Below, in pieces: positions 24,479 to 36,691 of a stretch of DNA of 64,000 nt (position 1 is its first letter; the number at the start of each line of letters is the position of its first letter). The translations under genes were made by a program, and so were the position numbers. The notes under the pieces were generated by a model, which saw nothing but the letters and a program-made list of their open reading frames with translations, was not told where the DNA came from and searched no databases. Origin of the DNA: Octopus vulgaris (Eukaryota); contig OX597820.1 in the NCBI GenBank assembly GCA_951406725.2, positions 72,478,001 through 72,542,000 on the forward strand, given 5' to 3'.

Positions 24479-26582
24479 TACGTATCTGTGTTTATGCATA
24501 TATATATATGTGTGTGTTTATATGTATAAATCTTTATATATATATGTGTGCGCATGTATGTATGTATATATGTATGCATGCATGTATGTATGTATGTATA
24601 TATATGTGTGTGTGTGTGTATGTGTATATATATATACATACTTTCCTGTATCATCATTATTTTGTGTCTGCTTTCCATGTTGGTACATGTTGGATGAGTG
24701 TAGGATGTCAGAAAAGACCTCTCCAACGCATGCCAACATGGAAAGTGGACATAAAATGATGATGACGACGATGACGATGAAGAGGAGGGTTGTGGTGTTG
24801 GTGGTGACAATGATTATGATGATATAAAAGCATGTTGTAGTCTGCTTGATGTTTTATAAAATATAAAGAAAAAAAGAAACTTCTAGAAATATTGCAGAAG
24901 ACCGAGAATAAAAAAATTTTGAGTTATTGCCTTAAAAATACTTAATGATCTTGGTATTTCAGATAACATGCTCTTTTATGAAGGGTTGGGAAAGAAATAA
25001 TATCCATGCAGGCTGATACATTATCACATGCTTAACATGACAACCAACAAGGATACTTATTTTTTCTCTCTCCCATTATCCTAACCTTCGTAAAGGGGTA
25101 TTTTACCCAAAATATCAGGATCATTATTTTTAAGGAAATGATTCAATTTGCTTCTGTTCTCAGAACTGATATGGTGCCAGACAATGCAAAAATGACTTCA
25201 TTATATAGGGACAGATGTGGCTGTGTAACAAGTAGCTTGCTTACCAATTATATAGTTCTGGGTTCAATCCTACTGCATGGCCTTGTGAGTAGATTTGGTA
25301 GATGGAAACTGAAAGAAGCCCACCACATGTGTGTGTATGTGTGTGTGCATGCGTGTGTGAATAAATATAAGAGCCAAGATAAATTGTAGGAAGGTTAGCT
25401 TCAAGCAATCTGTAGTAAATATAAAAAAAAACAACTTTCAGAGATAACAGTGGTTTCTTGAGACAGAAGGTTGTGGTTTACTTTCAAAGTATGATAAACT
25501 GAAAAGAGTTCTTTATATTTTACAGTAGGTAACCTGGGTTGCTGGGTATGTGAAAAAGAATGCAAAAGTTTAAGAATGGCATAGATAAGATCAGGGATAT
25601 CTTCCTGGCGTTAACATGTACCTTTTTGTGTGTACAGTTTGTCATAGACCATGCCTTTCTTTTGCTGTGCTCAAATCTCATTTGTGAACCCATGGAAAAC
25701 GAACCTCCACCAACTATTCTGTTTATATGTCTGTGCATACCTTTCAATGCAATGTATACCAGCACTGACACTGCCATCACCTCTACTATTACTATTAGCA
25801 CCACCACCATCGTTACTTCTACTACCTCAAATACTACTACTGCTACTACTACTGCTGCTGCTACTACTACTACTACTACTACTACTCGTATTTCAGACCA
25901 ATGGTGCCTGCACATGGTCACATGGAATAATTTAATTCCCTTTCTCAAATTACGCACAAACAACTTATGAAAAGAAGACACATTAAACAATGTACCCCTA
26001 CATATACTATGCCCCCAAAACAAACAAAGAAAAAAGATACTGAATTCCTGCCTTTCATTTAAGTCTAGATCCATTCCTTTTATCACAGACCCTTCTTCCA
26101 CCATTTCTTCATTTATAGCAACCTTCCTGCTTGTTTAAAACCCTGATTCTGCAATTCTCTGCCTATGTCTTCATAGGAGTATGCACATATTTATGTTAAC
26201 AAATTGACAATCATGACCTTTCCTTTACATTGTTTTATTATCCATTTTCATGCCACATTTTGTATCTTCCCCTCTCCCCGCTCCCCTACATCCTGCACCC
26301 AACCCTCCACCCACCATCACTTCCCAACATGCTTCCTGTCATTGCATGAGCATGTTCTAGTATGTACTGCATGTATGTATAAGCATATGTCTATGTATAC
26401 ACACACAAGTGCGTGCACACACACACACACACACACACACATGTACATGCATAGAGATAGATAGCGATATAGACAGACAGACAGATAGACAGACAGATAG
26501 ATAAATAGACAGACAGACAAACAGATAGATAGATAGATAGACTGACAGACAGATAGATAAATAGATAGATAGACAGATAGAT

Positions 26583-27110
26583 ATGTTTCTTTATTAGCCA
26601 CACAGGGCTGCACACAGACGGGACAGATTACAAAGTAGAGCTTTTCTTTTTGGGGAGAAAAAAAAAGACAGACAGACAGATAACTTTCTTTATTGGCCAC
26701 ACAGGGCTGAACACAGAGGCGACAAATACAAATGCAGAGCTTGTCTTTTCGAAAATGAAAAAGAAAAAAAGGCGAAAAAAGGGAACAAATGTAAAATTCT
26801 GATCAAAAGGGATCGTAAAAAAAAAAGCAATCAAAAGGGGTCATGTATTACAGAAGAAGTTTTTAAAAAGTAAGAAATAAGATTAGGTTTATCCCTGGAA
26901 AGAAAAGCCTACGGAAAAGACCACAGTAACCTCAGGCAGGGAGGGAATATAAACACGAGAGCAAAGTGCTCTCTCTCTTTTTACGATTTACAGGATCATG
27001 CTCAAAGTGTTTTCATCGCTTGCACACACCATCTTTGCTACATTCACCCAACCTTTTTTCAAACTTTCATGAGACAAAACTTGCCTCTCCATTCTTATCT
27101 TCCTTTTCAA
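26583..27110 (-). mobile_element. L1/Tx1-like LINE 3' end inside a (GATA/GACA)n tract, with duplicated 3' terminus
   Basis: Minus strand LKRKIRMERQVLSHESLKKGWVNVAKMV...SMIL*, T-rich 3' UTR, AATAAA near the end (twice, about 26588 and 26689); tetranucleotide repeats on both flanks. Confidence 0.55.
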
Positions 27111-27635
27111 GACAGACAGACAGACAGACAGACAGCTAGACAGACAGACAGATAGATAGATATAGGTAAAATATAAGTTTCAGTTGAATTAGGTACTTAA
27201 AATGAAGCACCTCGTTATGCCAGAATAATATACACACACAACAATATTATATACATAAATATCAAACTTAGTACATAAGCACTGGCTGAGTAATATTCAT
27301 GCTGTGTATGTAGACAATTAGACCCAGTTGAGTACAGAGATCCACTCTTGAGCTATTCATACATTATATTTAATATACGGTCCATAATATTTAAGAAGGG
27401 CAAATTCACTTCACTGAAACAGCAGCAGAATCACTGAAATTCTTTTTCTCAGTGGATTTTAAACTATGTTGAATCATTTTGAATGTCTTTAATTTTGAAG
27501 TTCACAAATTCATCTGATGGAAACGGTTTCTTTATAATGATGTAATGCTTTCCTTAATCAATTAAAGAAGTCGTTAGAAACAGCCATAATGGATTGGCAC
27601 CTGTATTTCTACTGTTACTCACTTATATATATATA

Positions 27636-28016
27636 CTAGCAAAGCACCCCCCGTCCAATGGACGGTGCTGAGTTGGAAGAGAAAAAAGTCTATCTTTATT
27701 TCTTCTTTTGCTGGTGTCCCAAATTTAAGTTAAATCAGTGTTTCTCAAAGGGGAGGCCTATGGGACGGTTGGACAAGTTGTTTTGAGAAAATTTGCAACA
27801 CCTTGCAACAGCTGATGTACTTGCGTGTACAAATGCACATTCCCACGGCTTTATAGATCACATTCTCACCTGGAATTGATTTTTGTAATTTTTTCAAGAC
27901 TTATACACGCCCTGATACCGTCGGTATCTACATATCAAATTTGAGCGCAATCGGAGGGAGAATTCCTGAGATCCTAGAAGACACACACACAGACAGAAAG
28001 GATTTTATATAATAGA
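27636..28016 (-). mobile_element. Non-autonomous Helitron
   Basis: Minus strand begins A|TCTATTATATAAAA and ends with hairpin ccgtcca-t-tggacgg shortly before CTAG|T; inserted between A and T with no TSD. Confidence 0.8.
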
Positions 28017-28277
28017 TATGTTCATTCATGTATTGATGTTCATATACATACATGGTATTTTGCTGAAATACATGTATGTTCTATAAAGCATTGAATACCT
28101 TACCTGTTTTCTGTGCAAAATTATTATTTCTATTATTTGGCTTGTATTCTGCACCCAAGCCTATTTCAAGGCTGAAGCCCTGCATTGTGCTACACTGTAT
28201 ACTGGAATGGCATGTGGAACCCACAACTGAGCTTCATCTTTGGCTATGTCTCATACTTCACAATGCTTTTACATATA

Positions 28278-28628
28278 CAGGATGTGTAAGGCATTTGAAG
28301 AGATACCTTTTTTTGGTTATTGCTGCATTTTTTGCTAACTCTGTATCATCTTTGTTTCAGAAAATAATAAAGGTAGATGCTCAGCTTACTCAAGAAATGA
28401 AGAGGCATGCTGCTACTGTGGTCATAAAGGCTGAGCATGGCAATTTAGAAATATCTCAATTTTTAAAAGTTGCCAGATCTTTTGTCTACAAAGTTTGTAA
28501 AGAGTTAGAGAGCAAATATGGAAACATATCACAAGTATCAAAGCATAAAAAGCATTCCAAATGCTCTGAAATCATCATAACACTTGAATTAATCCAGCAA
28601 GTTCAACAGACTATTGATTACAATCTCA
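28278..28628 (+). mobile_element. Tc1/mariner-superfamily (maT/DD37D-like) transposon 5' fragment
   Basis: TA|cagg start; HTH-like MKRHAATVVIKAEHGNLEISQFLKVARSFVYKVCKEL...ELIQQVQQTIDYN; truncated by the following element. Confidence 0.6.
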
Positions 28629-28915
28629 GAATCTTAGGGTTAGTAGCCCACGCTCTTAACCACTACGCCATATGCCCGATTCCAGGCAGTGACCTGAATA
28701 ATCATAATAATAATAATAATAACAACAACAACATCGAAATATACCTTAGAAACGAGAACCCAGGTTTGAAATTTCCCCAAGACACCTGATGAAGGCTGGA
28801 GGGTATATCAGCCGAAAAGTGGTGTTAAAAACAAACAAGATGAGGACAAATATCAAACAAATGTAAATAATGCAAATAATGTACATAATTCCTCATCTCT
28901 TAAATATAGAACTGT
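28629..28915 (+). mobile_element. tRNA-headed, hammerhead-bearing short element with inverted 5' part
   Basis: 28629-28677 on minus reads gggcatatggcgtagtggttaagagcgtggg-ctACTaa-ccctaagattc (A box, D arm, anticodon arm); plus strand continues gattccaggc (T-arm remnant), (AAT)n, then a hammerhead motif. Confidence 0.6.
28781..28826 (+). ncRNA. Minimal type I hammerhead ribozyme motif
   Basis: GACAC-CTGATGA-A-GGCTG-gagggtatat-CAGCC-GAAA-agtg-GTGTT: intact core, stems I and II; stem III and cleavage triplet are non-canonical in this copy. Confidence 0.7.
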
Positions 28916-30190
28916 AGATACATGTTGCACCTTGGGTAAGTGCCTTCTTCTATATCTCCTGACTAACCAAAAGCCATGTGAGTGTATCTGAATTAAATTG
29001 AAACTGAAAGAAGCCTGTCATATAAATGTGTGTGTGTGTGTGTGTTTGTGCCTCTAAGCCTTGACATTGCATTATAGCTGGAAGCTAGGGTCACCATCAT
29101 GCAGGTGGTGTCCTTCATTGCCAATCTTCCTTGAAAACCTGCCTGGTCATGGGGAAATGTTACCTTAATTGGATACAGGTGAGGGTTGATAACAAGAAGG
29201 ATATCCAGCCATAAAAATTCTGCTTCAGTAACTTCCGTTTGAAAATTCTATTGAAAAGTGGACTCTAAAACGACGATGATGATAATGATGATGACGACGA
29301 CGATGATGAGATGGAAGAGGAGGAAGTGGATGACGACAATGATGACAATGATGATGACGATGACAACAGTGATGATAATGATGACGACGAAGATGATACA
29401 TATGTATATAGATATATTACATATACTTTAGCCTCAGGCCAAACAATACAATGTGAGGGAATTTACTAAATGAAAACCTCCAGGAAGCTTGTCGTACATG
29501 TAAGTGCATGTATATGTGTATGTATGTGTGTATACTGGGGAGATGGAGAGAGTGAAAGAGAGAAAGAGAAAGAGAGCGAAAGCATCCTTTTGACAATCTG
29601 TATTTGAGTACTGTACTCTTTGTACTTTGCTGCACAATTGAAAGCATACATACAACTTCCAACAGTTTAAGAGAAGGCCCTTAGTAATGACAAAGTAACA
29701 GATAATGAATATTTACTTAGCTTAAACATACAATCACTTCACAGTGGCCTCTTTGAGAAAACAAGGAATAATACGCTGTTAAGTACAAGTGCTGCTAACA
29801 CTGATAAGACCAATTACCAAACTAAATGAATTTTCAAATGATAAAATGAGGAAGAGACATATAAAGTGAGAGGCTGGAATGTTAGAATAAAAGAGAGAAA
29901 AGCCAAAAAGAAGGTTTTTTTTTTTTTTATCAATAATGGTTTTTTAATTCATGAGAATTTGTGATTCTTTGAGATTATCTCCAATTCTAATTCAAGAGTT
30001 AGTAGCAATTACTGTTAGATGTTTATTCGTTTATCTTCCCCTTGAAGTGAAGATTATTTCAATAAACCAAGAATCTATTTTGTACAATATTTAATTTGCA
30101 TAAATTCATGTTATGTACCACACTTGGTTAATTTTATCAGTTCGTTTTTGCTTTTTTGCTTTATACCTGCATGCACACACACACACGCAC

Positions 30191-30224
<34 letters not shown>

Positions 30225-30767
30225 TGCACTCTCCCATCGAAGATGATGTATGAGCTTTCAGCTTTTGTCAAACAACCTGCACAAATGATTTGTTTAGGGT
30301 GATCAAATACTTGTGCCACACATTAGTTCCCTCCCTCCATCAAGTTGATATTGTCTGAACAAGTGCATGGTGTACCATGCATCAGGTGTCAAAGTGATCA
30401 CAGAACAACATCTGATGAAGTGTTTTGGTCAAGACCACAACATACCACCCAGTCTAGGAATTGAACTCACAATTGCTAGATAGTGAGTGCAACACCTTAA
30501 CCACCTTAAACATATATATGTATCATCATCATCGTTTAGCGTCCGCTTTCCATGCTAGCATGGGTTGGACGGTTCCACTGGGGTCTGGGAAACCAGAAGG
30601 CAGCACCAGGCCCAGTCTGATCTGGCAATGTTTCTACGGCTGGATGCCCTTCCTAATGCCAACCACTCCGTGAGTGTAGTGGGTGCTTTTTATGTGATAT
30701 AAATAAGGATAAGATCGTTATTTAAAATACTGATCATATCAAGGTGGCTAGCATGAGAATAAAAACC

Positions 30768-31900
30768 TCATCATCATCATCATCATCATCATTTAACGTC
30801 CGCTTTCCATGCTAGCATGGGTTGGACGGTTCAACTGGGGTCTGGGGAGCCCGAAGGCTGCACCAGGCCAGTCAGATCTGGCAGTGTTTCTACAGCTGGA
30901 TGCCCTTCCTAACGCCAACCACTCCGAGAGTGTAGTGGGTGATTTTATGTGCCACCGACACAGGTGCCAGACGAGGCTGGAGAACGGCTACGCTCGGATG
31001 GTGTTTTTATGTGCCACCGACACAGGTGCCAGACAAGGCTAGCAGACGACCACGCTCGGATGGTGTTTTTTATGTGCCACCGACACAGGAGCCAGATGAG
31101 GCTGGCGATCGGCCACGATCGGATGGTGATTGTTACGTGCCCACAGCATGGAGGCCAGTCGGTGCGGTACTGGCTACGGCCATGTTCAGATGGTTTTCTT
31201 GTGTGCCACCGGCACTGGTACCACAAAGATACAAATTCCATTGATGTTCATCTATTTTGATTTTGTTTGATTTTTTGTTTTTTTTGATTTTCACTTGCCT
31301 CAACAGGTCTTCACAAGTGTCACAAGAAGGAAGGTATGCACAGGTGGACTGACTACGTCCCAGGTAGGGGCCACGGGTTATGGCCTGACTAGTCTTGCCG
31401 GGTCTTCTCACGCACAGCATACTTCCATAGGTCTCGGTCTCTAGTCATTTCCTTGGTGAGACCTAAAGTTCAAAGGTCGTGCTTCACCACTTCGTCCCAG
31501 GTTTTCCTGGGTCTACCTCTTCCACAGGTTCCCTCAACTGCTAGAGTGTAGCACTTTTGCACACAACTATCTTCAGCCATTCTCGTCATATGACCATACA
31601 AGCGCAGCCGTCTCTCTTGCACACCACAACTGACGCTTCTTAGGTTCAACTTTTCTCTCAAGGTACTTACGCTCTGACGATTATGAACACTGACATTACA
31701 CATCCATCGGAGCATACTGGCTTCATTTCTTGCAAGCTTACGCATATCCTCAGCAGTCACGGCCCATGTTTCACTACCATGTAGCATGGCTGTACGTACA
31801 CATGCATCATACAGTCTGCCTTTTACTCTGAGCGAGAGGCCTTTTGTCACCAGCAGGGGTAAGAGCTCTCTAAACTTTGCCCAGGCTATTCTTACTCTAG
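30768..31900 (-). mobile_element. 5'-truncated RTE LINE (ORF C-terminus, 3' UTR, (GAT)n tail)
   Basis: ORF 31470-31850 closely matches the C-terminus of 44063-45637 (YDACVRTAMLHGSETW...GRGRPRKTWDEVV), with a premature stop. Confidence 0.9.
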
Positions 31901-31901
31901 G

Positions 31902-32151
31902 TAATAATTATTATTAAAATTATAATTAAGGGTATCTAAAAGATATTGTCATGCTAGATGTAGCAGTCAGAAATTGACTCAAAAACCACATCAAATATTC
32001 ATACAGCACTAGGAGAGAAGTTTATTTTGTTTCTTTGTCTTCTCTCCTAGTATGAATATTTGATGTAGTTTCAGAGTCAAGTTTTGACTGTTATATCTAG
32101 CATGAAGATATCTTTTAGACACCCTAATTATAATTTTAATAATAATCATTA
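31902..32151. repeat. ~115-bp-arm imperfect inverted repeat
   Basis: 31902-32020 pairs with 32039-32151 (taggagagaag / cttctctccta; catgctagat / atctagcatg). Confidence 0.85.
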
Positions 32152-32183
32152 GCAGGGTCCCTTGACTTCTTTGAAGTTGGTTC

Positions 32184-32234
<51 letters not shown>

Positions 32235-32364
32235 CACATATATATACATATATATATACATATATATATATACACACATATATATATACATATATATATG
32301 TAGGTCCCGGGTTGAGTCGGGGTTAACCACAGTAAATAAGGTACTCAATACATGGCAGAGTAAA

Positions 32365-32502
32365 TTAATTTATTTTATAGAAGGAGCTTTTACAGGACTA
32401 GAACTGTTTCATTCAAATGAAATCATCAGGAAGCTTCCTGATGATTTCATTTGAATGAAACAGTTCTAGTCCTGTAGAAGCTCCTTCTATAAAATAAATT
32501 AA
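32365..32502. repeat. 138-bp near-perfect palindrome without spacer in a (TA)n-embedded element
   Basis: Centre ggaagcttcc; 69-bp arms with one mismatch seen; each strand reads CTGATGA-tttcatttgaat-GAAAC...GTC. Confidence 0.9.
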
Positions 32503-32716
32503 AATATACATATATATATGTATATATACCCACATATATATATATATATACACACACACACATATACATATATATACTTATATATATATATATACATACA
32601 TATATATATATATACATACATATATATATATACACACACATATATATATATACACACACAAATATATACATATACAATGTATGTATGTATGTATGTATGT
32701 ATGTATGTATGTATAT

Positions 32717-33116
32717 TGAGACAAGTAAAATCAATCAAAAGTCAAAATCACAATCAGAATCTCAATCAAATCGAAATCAAAAATGGCTCCTGTGCTGGTG
32801 GCATGCAATAAGCACCATTCATGTGTGTGTCATTGCCAGTGCTGCCTGACTGGCTCCCTGTGCCAGTGGCATGTAAAAAGCACCATCTGAATGTGACCGA
32901 TGCCAGTGCCACCTGACTGGCTCCCATGCTGGTGACACGTAAAAAGCACCCACTACACTCTTGGAGTGGTTGTCATTAGGAAGGACATCCAACTGTAGAA
33001 ACATTGCCAGATCAGATTGGAGCCTGGTGTGGCCTCCTGGCTTACCAGTCCCCAGTCAAACTGTCCAACCCATGCCAGCATAGAAAATAGACGTTAAACA
33101 ATGATGATGATGATGA
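32717..33116 (+). mobile_element. RTE LINE 3' UTR fragment with (GAT)n tail
   Basis: gtaaaaagcacccactacactc...gtggttgtcattaggaaggacatcc...ccaacccatgccagc. Confidence 0.75.
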
Positions 33117-33312
33117 TTGATTTATATATTTATCATCATCATCATCATCGTTTAGCATCCGCTTTCCATGGCCCAGTCTGATCTGGCAATGTTTCTACAG
33201 CTGGATGCCCTTCCTAATGCCAACCACTCCATGAGTGTAGCGGGTGCTTTTTATGTGCCAGACGAGGCTGGCAAACGGCCACGATCGGATGGTGCTTTTT
33301 ACGTGCCAACAT

Positions 33313-33371
<59 letters not shown>

Positions 33372-33595
33372 CACACATCATCATCGTTTTCTGCACTAGC
33401 ATGGGTTGGGCGGTTTGACCGGGGTCTGGGAAGCCAGGAGGCTGCACCAGGCTCCAGTCTGATCTGGCAGTGTTTCTACAGCTGGATGCCCTTCCTAACG
33501 CTAACCACTCCATGAGTGTAGTGGGTGCTTTTTACGTGCCACCGGCACAGAAGCCAGTCAAGGTGGCGCTGGCATCGGCCTATATATATATATAT

Positions 33596-33755
33596 AGGAC
33601 TGGCTGTGTGGTAAGTAGTTTGTTTATCAACCACATGGTTACGGGTTCAGTCCCACCGCGTGGCACCTTGGGCAAGTGTCTTCTACTATAGCTTCGGGTC
33701 GACCAAAGCCTTGTGAGTGGATTTGGTAGGTGGAAACCAAAAGAAGCCCGTTGTA

Positions 33756-33797
<42 letters not shown>

Positions 33798-34017
33798 CAT
33801 GTGTATGTTTGTGTTTCTGTGTTTGTCCCCCAACATCGCTTGACAACTGATGCTGGTGTGTTTACGTCCCTGTAACTTAGCAGTTCAGCAAAAGAGACCG
33901 ATAGAATAAGCACTAGGCTTCAAAAGAATAAGTCATGGGGTCGATTTGCTCGACTAAAGGCAGTGCTCCAGCATGGCCACAGTCAAATGACTGAAACAAG
34001 TAAAAAGAGTAAAAGAG
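33596..34017 (+). mobile_element. SINE family A, full length
   Basis: Head, CORE-like domain, internal microsatellite and (agtaaaag)-type tail. Confidence 0.85.
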
Positions 34018-34334
34018 TATATATATGTATGTATGTTTCATATACACAATTTTTAGCAGTTGAGTGAGATCCTTAATAATAAACAATAATGGATCAGATA
34101 CAGATTATTCACTTGCTTAACAGAAATATATCAATCTCTTTGATGTGGCTTCTTTGAGTAAATGGGAAATAATATGCCATTTACAGGAAGCAATGTCACT
34201 GGCATCGCTGATTAATTGCAGAAATGAGTTTCCACTTGATGAAGCTGCAGAAGGATGTACATATACAGAGCAATGAAAAGAGAGTATGTAATTTAAGGAA
34301 ATCACTATGTGACACTAATATATTTGTTTCAGAA

Positions 34335-34940
34335 GTCGGTGAGCAGGCAGAAGCGTTAGCATGCCGGGCGAAATGCTTAGTGGTATATCGTCTGTCTTTA
34401 CGTTCTGAGTTCAAATTCTGCCAGATTGACTTTGCCTTTCATCCTTCCAGAGTCGATAAATTAAGTACAACTTGTGCACTGGGGTTGATCTCCAAAAATT
34501 TCAGGCCTTTTGCCTCAAGTAGAAAAGAATATGTTCGTGGAGATAAAGCAGTGAGCTGGAAGAAACGTTAGCACGCCGGGCAAAATGCTTAGCGGTATTT
34601 CGTCTGCCGCTATGTTCTGAGTTCAAATTCCGCTGAGGTCGACTTTGCCTTTCATCATTTCGGGGTCGATTAAATAAGTACCAGCTACGCACTGGGGTCG
34701 ATATAATCGACTTAATCCATTTGTCTGTCCTTGTTTGTCCTCTCTGTGTTTAGCCCCTTGTGGGTAGTAAAGAAATAGGTATTTCGTCTGCCGCTACATT
34801 CTGAGTTCAAATTCTGCTGAGGTTGACTTTGCCATTTATTCTTTCAGGGTCGATAAATTAAGTACCAGTTGCATACTGGGGTTGATCTAATCAACGGGCC
34901 TCCTCTCTAAAAATTTCAGGCCTTGTACCTAGAGTAGAAA
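34335..34940 (+). mobile_element. SINE family B: monomer (34335-34527) followed by a dimeric copy (34548-34940)
   Basis: gagctggaagaaacgttagcacgccgggc...gagttcaaattccgc...gcctttcatcatttcggggtcgattaaataagtaccag (Deu/Nin-like), duplicated within the second copy. Confidence 0.8.
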
Positions 34941-35258
34941 ATAATATATTTGTTTCAGTGCTTGTATATTTTTTCCAAACCTATCGTATATTTGAAACAA
35001 AAACTAAATCCATAGACATTGAAACATTCGTCAGGAATCTGTCAGGAATCAATTTATGTAAACTCTGTTTAATTTATTCTTCTTTGTATTGAGTTCCATT
35101 TCTGAATATCATTAGTCTTGCAGTGTGCAAGTGTGAACCATTTGTTATAATCGGTATTATAGGTGCAAGGATGACTGTATGGTTAAGAAGCTAATTTTGC
35201 AACCATATGGTTTCAGGTTCAGTTCCACTGTGTGGCACCTCGGGCATCTTCAACTATG

Positions 35259-35292
<34 letters not shown>

Positions 35293-35855
35293 AGTGTTCT
35301 ACCATCAGCATCATCATCATTTAATGTCTGTTTTCCATGCTGGCATGGGTTAGACGGTTTGGCAAGAACTGGTTAGCCAGAGGCTGCACCAGGTTCCAGT
35401 CTGATTTGGTACGGCTTCTACAGCTGAATATATATATACTATAATGGTACTCTTGTGTATTTCTCCATCATGACATATGAATGAGAAAGGAAGGGGTGAC
35501 AGATGAATAAGGAAGGAAGGGGTAATGGCAAACTTGGTAGTGGGATGATGGAAATTCTACAGTGAAAAAAGAAATCAAAGTGTTTCAACTCTGCATGAAT
35601 ATATGTGTGTGTATATAAAACGAGTCATGTGAATGTTTGTGTGCGTGTGTGTGCATGCAATGGAAGTGAGATGGTGAACATTGAATGCTGAAAAGAAAAA
35701 TCAAACAGCATTTCAACTCTCTGTGAATATATGTGTGTATGTGTGTGCATGAACAAGGGAAGTATGTAAATGGTTGTATCTGTGATTATTATGTACCTTA
35801 TTTATATATAAAATACAACAATTAGCCATCATTTTTGATGGCATGGGGCGAGCTA

Positions 35856-35890
<35 letters not shown>

Positions 35891-35893
<3 letters not shown>

Positions 35894-36619
35894 TGAACTA
35901 TAAACAATGTTGCACTGTAAAAGATTACTCGTTTCACACACGATATTGAGATTATATGGATTTCTAGGTAATCTGGCATCAGAAAGATGTCGCTGACCTA
36001 CAACACCACTCTTTTGAAAACACTAGAATTGCATGTAGGGTTTGGACTCGGTCACTTTTTATGAACATGGTAATGCTCATATGGTCATACTTTGCCTGTC
36101 ATCAGAATAACATTCCAACATGACAATGGCCATGCCCACACTGCCAAGTTGACAACAGACGTCCCCCAACAGCACAACATCCAGACATTGCCATGGCCTG
36201 CCCTGAGTCCGTATTTGCATCCCATAGAGCACCTGTTGGATGAAATCCAAAGAGGGCTAAATGACATCCATCCAAGGTCAACAACTGCGGCATAAATCAC
36301 TGCAAATTTGTACGGAGTGTGGGCTGCTACCCACCATGGCCTTCATCATTTGGTGCATTCAATGTACAGAAGATGCCTGGCAGTAATCAACAATAATGGT
36401 GGTCACATGAGATATTGGGTTCATCTCTTTGGATCTAGGACACTCCGTCATCACATGGCACCATGTGACATCAAACATGATTCAGGAAATGATGTGTTAT
36501 CATTAGGAAAGAATGGTTTTTTAATTAACACTTTTCAATCAATTTATAGACTATGACAGTCAATTAATAAAATGGTTTCTATTTAGTATGAGTGTTACGT
36601 TTCTTTTGTGGTTCAGTTT
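35891..36619 (+). mobile_element. Internally deleted Tc1-like (DD34E) transposon
   Basis: FQHDNGHAHTAK...IQTLPWPALSPYLHPIEHLLDEI, then RRCLAVINNNGGHMRY; imperfect TIRs actgaac / gttcagt. Confidence 0.8.
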
Positions 36620-36649
36620 AAATATATGTGTATGTGTGTGTGTATATGC

Positions 36650-36691
<42 letters not shown>

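Noticed and set aside
25520-26104. Overlapping 194-aa and 136-aa ORFs with a Thr-rich or Val-rich stretch
   Set aside because: Held open by an (ACT)n/(ACC)n repeat; no recognisable domain.
28629-28677. Functional tRNA-Ser(ACT) gene
   Set aside because: Only the 5' half is present on that strand, and the T arm is discontinuous.
28076-28789. 237-aa ORF as a host gene
   Set aside because: Chimeric read-through of flank, transposase N-terminus, inverted tRNA half and (AAT)n.
34124-34290. Possible exon (KYINLFDVASLSKW... or MSFHLMKLQKD...)
   Set aside because: Several competing acceptors and frames, no homology recognised; indistinguishable from chance.
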